DNA from: Bugula neritina | Lineage: Eukaryota > Animalia > Bryozoa | Direction: 5' to 3' | DNA length: 64,000 nt | NCBI GenBank assembly: GCA_964035545.1 | Contig: CAXIUT010000126.1 | Coordinates: forward strand, 273,001 to 337,000 | Part shown: piece after piece, positions 58,301 to 64,000 of the stretch | How positions within the stretch are numbered: position 1 is the stretch's first letter | How the letters are laid out: the number at the start of each line of letters is the position of its first letter | Translations under genes and position numbers: made by a program | The notes under the pieces: model-generated | The model's database searches: none | Seen by the model: the letters and a program-made list of their open reading frames with translations, nothing else | What the model was told of the DNA's origin: nothing

Positions 58301-61300
58301 TATATTACATTGTATTTCAGTATGTTGCAGTTTATTTCAGTATGTAGCAGGGTATTTCAGTATGTTGCAGTGCATTTCAGTATGCTACAGCATATTTCAG
58401 TATGTTGCAGTATATCGCAATGTGTCGCAGTATATTTCGGTACGTTGCAGTATATTTCAATGTGTTGCAGTGTATTTCAATATGTTACAGTGTATTTCAG
58501 TATGTTGTAGTATTTTGCCGCGTATTTCAGTATGTTGCAGTATCTTGCAGTGTATTTCAGTATGTTGCAGTATTTTTCAATGTGTTACCGTATATTTCAG
58601 TATATTACCATATATTTAGGTATGTTGCAGTATATTTCAATGTGTTGCAGTGTATTTCAATATGTTCTAGTAATTTGTGGTGTATTTCAGTATGTTACAG
58701 TGTATTTCAGTATGTTGCAATATGTTTCAATATGTTACAGTGTATTTCAGTATTTTGCAGTATATTTCAGTGAGTTGCAGTGTATTTCAGTGTGCTACAG
58801 CATATTTCAGTATGTTGCAAAATATTGCAATGTGTCGCAGTATGTTGCAGTATTTTTCAATGTGTTACAGTATATTTCAGTAGTTTACCATATATTTCGG
58901 TATGTTGCAGTATATTTCAATGTGTTGCAGTGTATATCAATATGTTACAGTGTATTTGAGCATGTTGTAGTATTTTGCAGTGTATTTCAGTATGTTACAG
59001 TGTATTTCAGTATGTTGCAGTATGTTTCAATATGTTACAGTGTATTTCAGTGTTTTGCAGTATATTTCAGTGAGTTGCAGTGTATTTCAGTGTGCTACAG
59101 TATATTTCAGTATGTTACAGTATATTGCAATGTGTCGCAGTGTATTTCAGTATGTTGCAGTATTTTTCAAGGTGTTACAGTATATTTCAGTAGTTTACCA
59201 TATATTTCGGTATGTTGCAGTATATTTCAATGTGTTGCAGTGTATATCAATATGTTACAGTGTATTTGAGCATGTTGTAGTATTTTGCAGTGTATTTCAG
59301 TGTGTTGCAGTGTATTTCAGTATTTTGCAGTATTTTTCAATGTGTTACAGTGTATTTCGGTATATTACCGTATATTTAGGTATGTCGCAGTATATTTCAG
59401 TATTTTGCCGTATGTTTCAGTGTGTTGCAGTATATTTCATTTAGTTGCAGTGTATTTCAATTTGTTCCAGTGTATGTCAGTATAATGCAGTATGTTGCAG
59501 TGTGTTTCAGTATGTTACAGTGTATTTCAGTATGTTGCAGTATCTTGCAGTACATTTCAGTATGTTTTAGTATGTAGCAGTGTATTTCAGTATGTTGCAG
59601 TATATTTCAGTATGTTGCAGTATATTTCAGTGTGTTACTGTTTTTTCCAGTATGTTACAACACATTTCCGTATATTAAACTATATTTCAGCGAGTTACAG
59701 TATATTTCAATGTGTTGCAGTGTATTGCAATATGTTACAGCGTATTTCGGTATGTTGCAGTGTGTTGCAGTGTAATTCAGTATATTACATTGTATTTCAG
59801 TGTGTTGCAGTTCATTTCAATATGTAGCAGGGTATTTCAGTATAGTGCAGTGTATTTCAGTATGCTACAGCATATTTCAGTATGTTGCAGTATATTGCAA
59901 TGTGTCGCAGTATATTTCAGTATGTTGCAGTACGTTGCAGTATGTTTCAATATGTTACGGTGTACTTCAGTATGTTGCAGTATATTTCAGTGAGTTGCAG
60001 TGTATTTCAGTGTGCTACAGCATATTTCAGTATGTTACAGTATATTGCAATCTGTCGCAGTATATTTCAGTTTGTTGCAGTGTTTTTCAATGTGTTACAG
60101 TATATTTCATTAGTTTACCATATATTTCGGTATGTTGCAGTATATTTCAATATGTTACAGTGTATTTCAGCATGTTGTAGTTTTTTGCAGAATATTTCAG
60201 TGTGTTGCAGTGTACTTCAGTATTTTGCAGTATTTTTCAATGTGTTACAGTATATTTCGGTATATTACCGTATATTTAGGTATGTTTCAGTATATTTCAA
60301 TCTGTTGCAGTGTATTTCAATATGTTGTAGTATGTTGCAGTGTATTTCAGTATGTTACAGTGTATTTCAGTATGTTGCAGTATATTTCAGTATGTTACAG
60401 TGTATTTCAGTATGTTGCAGTATATTTCAGTGTGTTACAGTGTATTTCAGTATGTTGTAGTATTTTGCCGCGTATTTCAGTATGTTGCAGTGTATTTCAG
60501 TATGTTGCAATATGTTTCAATATGTTACAGTGTATTTCAGTATTTTGCAGTATATTTCAGTGAGTTGCAGTGTATTTCAGTATGTTGCAGTATTTTTCAA
60601 GGTGTTACAGTATATTTCAGTAGTTTACCATATATTTTGGTATGTTGCAGTATATTTCAATGTGTTGCAGTGTATATCAATATGTTACAGTGTATTTGAG
60701 CATGTTGTAGTATTTTGCAGTGTATTTCAGTGTGTTGCAGTGTATTTCAGTATTTTGCAGTATTTTTCAATGTGTTACAGTGTATTTCGGTATATTACCG
60801 TATATTTAGGTATGTCGCAGTATATTTCAGTATGTTGCCGTATGTTTCAGTGTGTTGCAGTATATTTCATTTAGTTGCAGTGTATTTCAATTTGTTCCAG
60901 TGTATGTCAGTACAATGCAGTATGTTGCAGTGTGTTTCAGTATGTTACAGTGTATTTCAGTATGTTGCAGTATCTTGCAGTACATTTCAGTATGTTTTAG
61001 TATGTAGCAGTGTATTTCAGTATGTTGCAGTATATTTCAGTATGTTGCAGTATATTTCAGTGTGTTACTGTTTTTTCCAGTATGTTACAACACATTTCCG
61101 TATATTAAACTATATTTCAGCGAGTTACAGTATATTTCAATGTGTTGCAGTGTATTGCAATATGTTACAGCGTATTTCGGTATGTTGCAGTGTGTTGCAG
61201 TGTAATTCAGTATATTACATTGTAATTCAGTGTGTTGCAGTTCATTTCAATATGTAGCAGGGTATTTCAGTATAGTGCAGTGTATTTCAGTATGCTACAG

Positions 61301-64000
61301 CATATTTCAGTATGTTGCAGTATATTGCAATGTGTCGCAGTATATTTCAGTATGTTGCAGTACGTTGCAGTATGTTTCAATATGTTACGGTGTATTTCAG
61401 TATGTTGCAGTATATTTCAGTGAGTTGCAGTGTATTTCAGTGTGCTACAGCATATTTCAGTATGTTACAGTATATTGCAATCTGTCGCAGTATATTTCAG
61501 TTTGTTGCAGTGTTTTTCAATGTGTTACAGTATATTTCATTAGTTTACCATATATTTCGGTATGTTGCAGTATATTTCAATGTGTTGCAGTGTATTTCAG
61601 CATGTTGTAGTTTTTTGCAGTGTATTTCAGTATGTTACAGTGTATTTCAGTATGTTGCAGTATATTTCAGTATGTTACAGTGTATTTCAGTATGTTGCAG
61701 TATGTTTCAGTGTGTTACAGTGTATTTCAGTATGTTGTAGTATATTTCAGTGTGTTACAGTATACTTCAGTATGTTGCAGTATTTTTCAATGTGTTAAAG
61801 TGTATTTCAGTAGTTTACCATATATTTCGGTATGTAGCAGTATATTTCAATGTGTTGCAGTGTATTTCAGTATGTTACAGTGTATTTCAGTATGTTGCAG
61901 TATGTTGCAGTATATTTCAGTGAGTTACAGTGTATTTCAGTATGTTGCAGTGTATTTCAGTGTGTTACAGTTTACTCCAGTATGTTACAGTACATTTCCG
62001 TATATTACACTATATTTCAGCGACTTGCAGTATATTTCAATGTGTTGCAGTGTATTTCAATATGTTACAGCATATTCCAGTATGTTGCAGTATGTTGCAG
62101 TGTAATTCAGTATATTACATTGTATTTCAGTATGTTGCAGTTTATTTCAGTATGTAGCAGGGTATTTCAGTATGTTGCAGTGCATTTCAGTATGCTACAG
62201 CATATTTCAGTATGTTGCAGTATATCGCAATGTGTCGCAGTATATTTCGGTACGTTGCAGTATATTTCAATGTGTTGCAGTGTATTTCAATATGTTACAG
62301 TGTATTTCAGTATGTTGTAGTATTTTGCCGCGTATTTCAGTATGTTGCAGTATCTTGCAGTGTATTTCAGTATGTTGCAGTATTTTTCAATGTGTTACCG
62401 TATATTTCAGTATATTACCATATATTTAGGTATGTTGCAGTATATTTCAATGTGTTGCAGTGTATTTCAATATGTTCTAGTAATTTGTGGTGTATTTCAG
62501 TATGTTACAGTGTATTTCAGTATGTTGCAATATGTTTCAATATGTTACAGTGTATTTCAGTATTTTGCAGTATATTTCAGTGAGTTGCAGTGTATTTCAG
62601 TGTGCTACAGCATATTTCAGTATGTTGCAAAATATTGCAATGTGTCGCAGTATGTTGCAGTATTTTTCAATGTGTTACAGTATATTTCAGTAGTTTACCA
62701 TATATTTCGGTATGTTGCAGTATATTTCAATGTGTTGCAGTGTATATCAATATGTTACAGTGTATTTGAGCATGTTGTAGTATTTTGCAGTGTATTTCAG
62801 TATGTTACAGTGTATTTCAGTATGTTGCAGTATGTTTCAATATGTTACAGTGTATTTCAGTGTTTTGCTGTATATTTCAGTGAGTTGCAGTGTATTTCAG
62901 TGTGCTACAGTATATTTCAGTATGTTACAGTATATTGCAATGTGTCGCAGTGTATTTCAGTATGTTGCAGTATTTTTCAAGGTGTTACAGTATATTTCAG
63001 TAGTTTACCATATATTTCGGTATGTTGCAGTATATTTCAATGTGTTGCAGTGTATATCAATATGTTACAGTGTATTTGAGCATGTTGTAGTATTTTGCAG
63101 TGTATTTCAGTGTGTTGCAGTGTATTTCAGTATTTTGCAGTATTTTTCAATGTGTTACAGTGTATTTCGGTATATTACCGTATATTTAGGTATGTCGCAG
63201 TATATTTCAGTATTTTGCCGTATGTTTCAGTGTGTTGCAGTATATTTCATTTAGTTGCAGTGTATTTCAATTTGTTCCAGTGTATGTCAGTATAATGCAG
63301 TATGTTGCAGTGTGTTTCAGTATGTTACAGTGTATTTCAGTATGTTGCAGTATCTTGCAGTACATTTCAGTATGTTTTAGTATGTAGCAGTGTATTTCAG
63401 TATGTTGCAGTATATTTCAGTATGTTGCAGTATATTTCAGTGTGTTACTGTTTTTTCCAGTATGTTACAACACATTTCCGTATATTAAACTATATTTCAG
63501 CGAGTTACAGTATATTTCAATGTGTTGCAGTGTATTGCAATATGTTACAGCGTATTTCGGTATGTTGCAGTGTGTTGCAGTGTAATTCAGTATATTACAT
63601 TGTATTTCAGTGTGTTGCAGTTCATTTCAATATGTAGCAGGGTATTTCAGTATAGTGCAGTGTATTTCAGTATGCTACAGCATATTTCAGTATGTTGCAG
63701 TATATTGCAATGTGTCGCAGTATATTTCAGTATGTTGCAGTACGTTGCAGTATGTTTCAATATGTTACGGTGTACTTCAGTATGTTGCAGTATATTTCAG
63801 TGAGTTGCAGTGTATTTCAGTGTGCTACAGCATATTTCAGTATGTTACAGTATATTGCAATCTGTCGCAGTATATTTCAGTTTGTTGCAGTGTTTTTCAA
63901 TGTGTTACAGTATATTTCATTAGTTTACCATATATTTCGGTATGTTGCAGTATATTTCAATATGTTACAGTGTATTTCAGCATGTTGTAGTTTTTTGCAG
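55378..64000 (+). repeat. Same satellite, + orientation; right arm (open at window end)
   Basis: Same monomers and variant blocks as the left arm. It starts cagtgagttgcagtaaatttcag, which matches positions 875 onward. Confidence 0.98.
56662..64000 (+). repeat. Tandem duplication of a 3810-bp unit (56662-60471; second copy from 60472, truncated by the window end)
   Basis: Constant 3810 offset (56905/60715, 58040/61850, 59492/63302, 59800/63610). Both copies share rare variants such as tacaatgcag and tatattttgg. Confidence 0.9.

Noticed and set aside
32-63990. Hundreds of overlapping Cys/Tyr/Val/Ser/Gln-rich ORFs of up to 373 aa
   Set aside because: Artefact: the T-rich consensus strand has no stop codon and its 10/20-bp period cycles through all three frames. 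The ORFs overlap in all frames, follow satellite orientation and show no domain or codon structure.
1-64000. CRISPR array or telomeric repeat interpretation
   Set aside because: There are no unique spacers between constant repeats and no cas genes. The monomer lacks the G-runs of a telomerase repeat and carries HOR-type heritable variants.

Overview
The whole window is one eukaryotic-type satellite DNA array with no credible genes. The monomer is about 10 bp (consensus RTTKCAGTRT), arranged as alternating GTTGCAGTAT/GTTACAGTGT and ATTTCAGTAT/ATTTCAATGT units, i.e. a 20-bp dimer. Variant monomers build nested, near-identical higher-order repeats: 5821 bp x3 (7661-25260, each unit 4631+1190), 9671 bp x2 (~28250-47600) and 3810 bp x~2 (56662-end). 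The array is split by one clean 29,146-bp inversion (26232-55377). Its two junctions are reciprocal: flipping the segment back restores both satellite contexts, with a single base lost. The only non-satellite DNA is a 179-bp insertion at 14298-14476 that looks like the 5'-truncated 3' end of an L2/CR1-group non-LTR retrotransposon on the minus strand. It has a stem-loop, AATAAA, an (AAAC)5 tail and an ATGTTT target-site duplication, and an empty site is present in sister repeat copies. All ORFs in the track are artefacts of the stop-free T-rich satellite strand. The architecture fits (peri)centromeric satellite, but that is inference. I found no evidence of a new protein-coding system.
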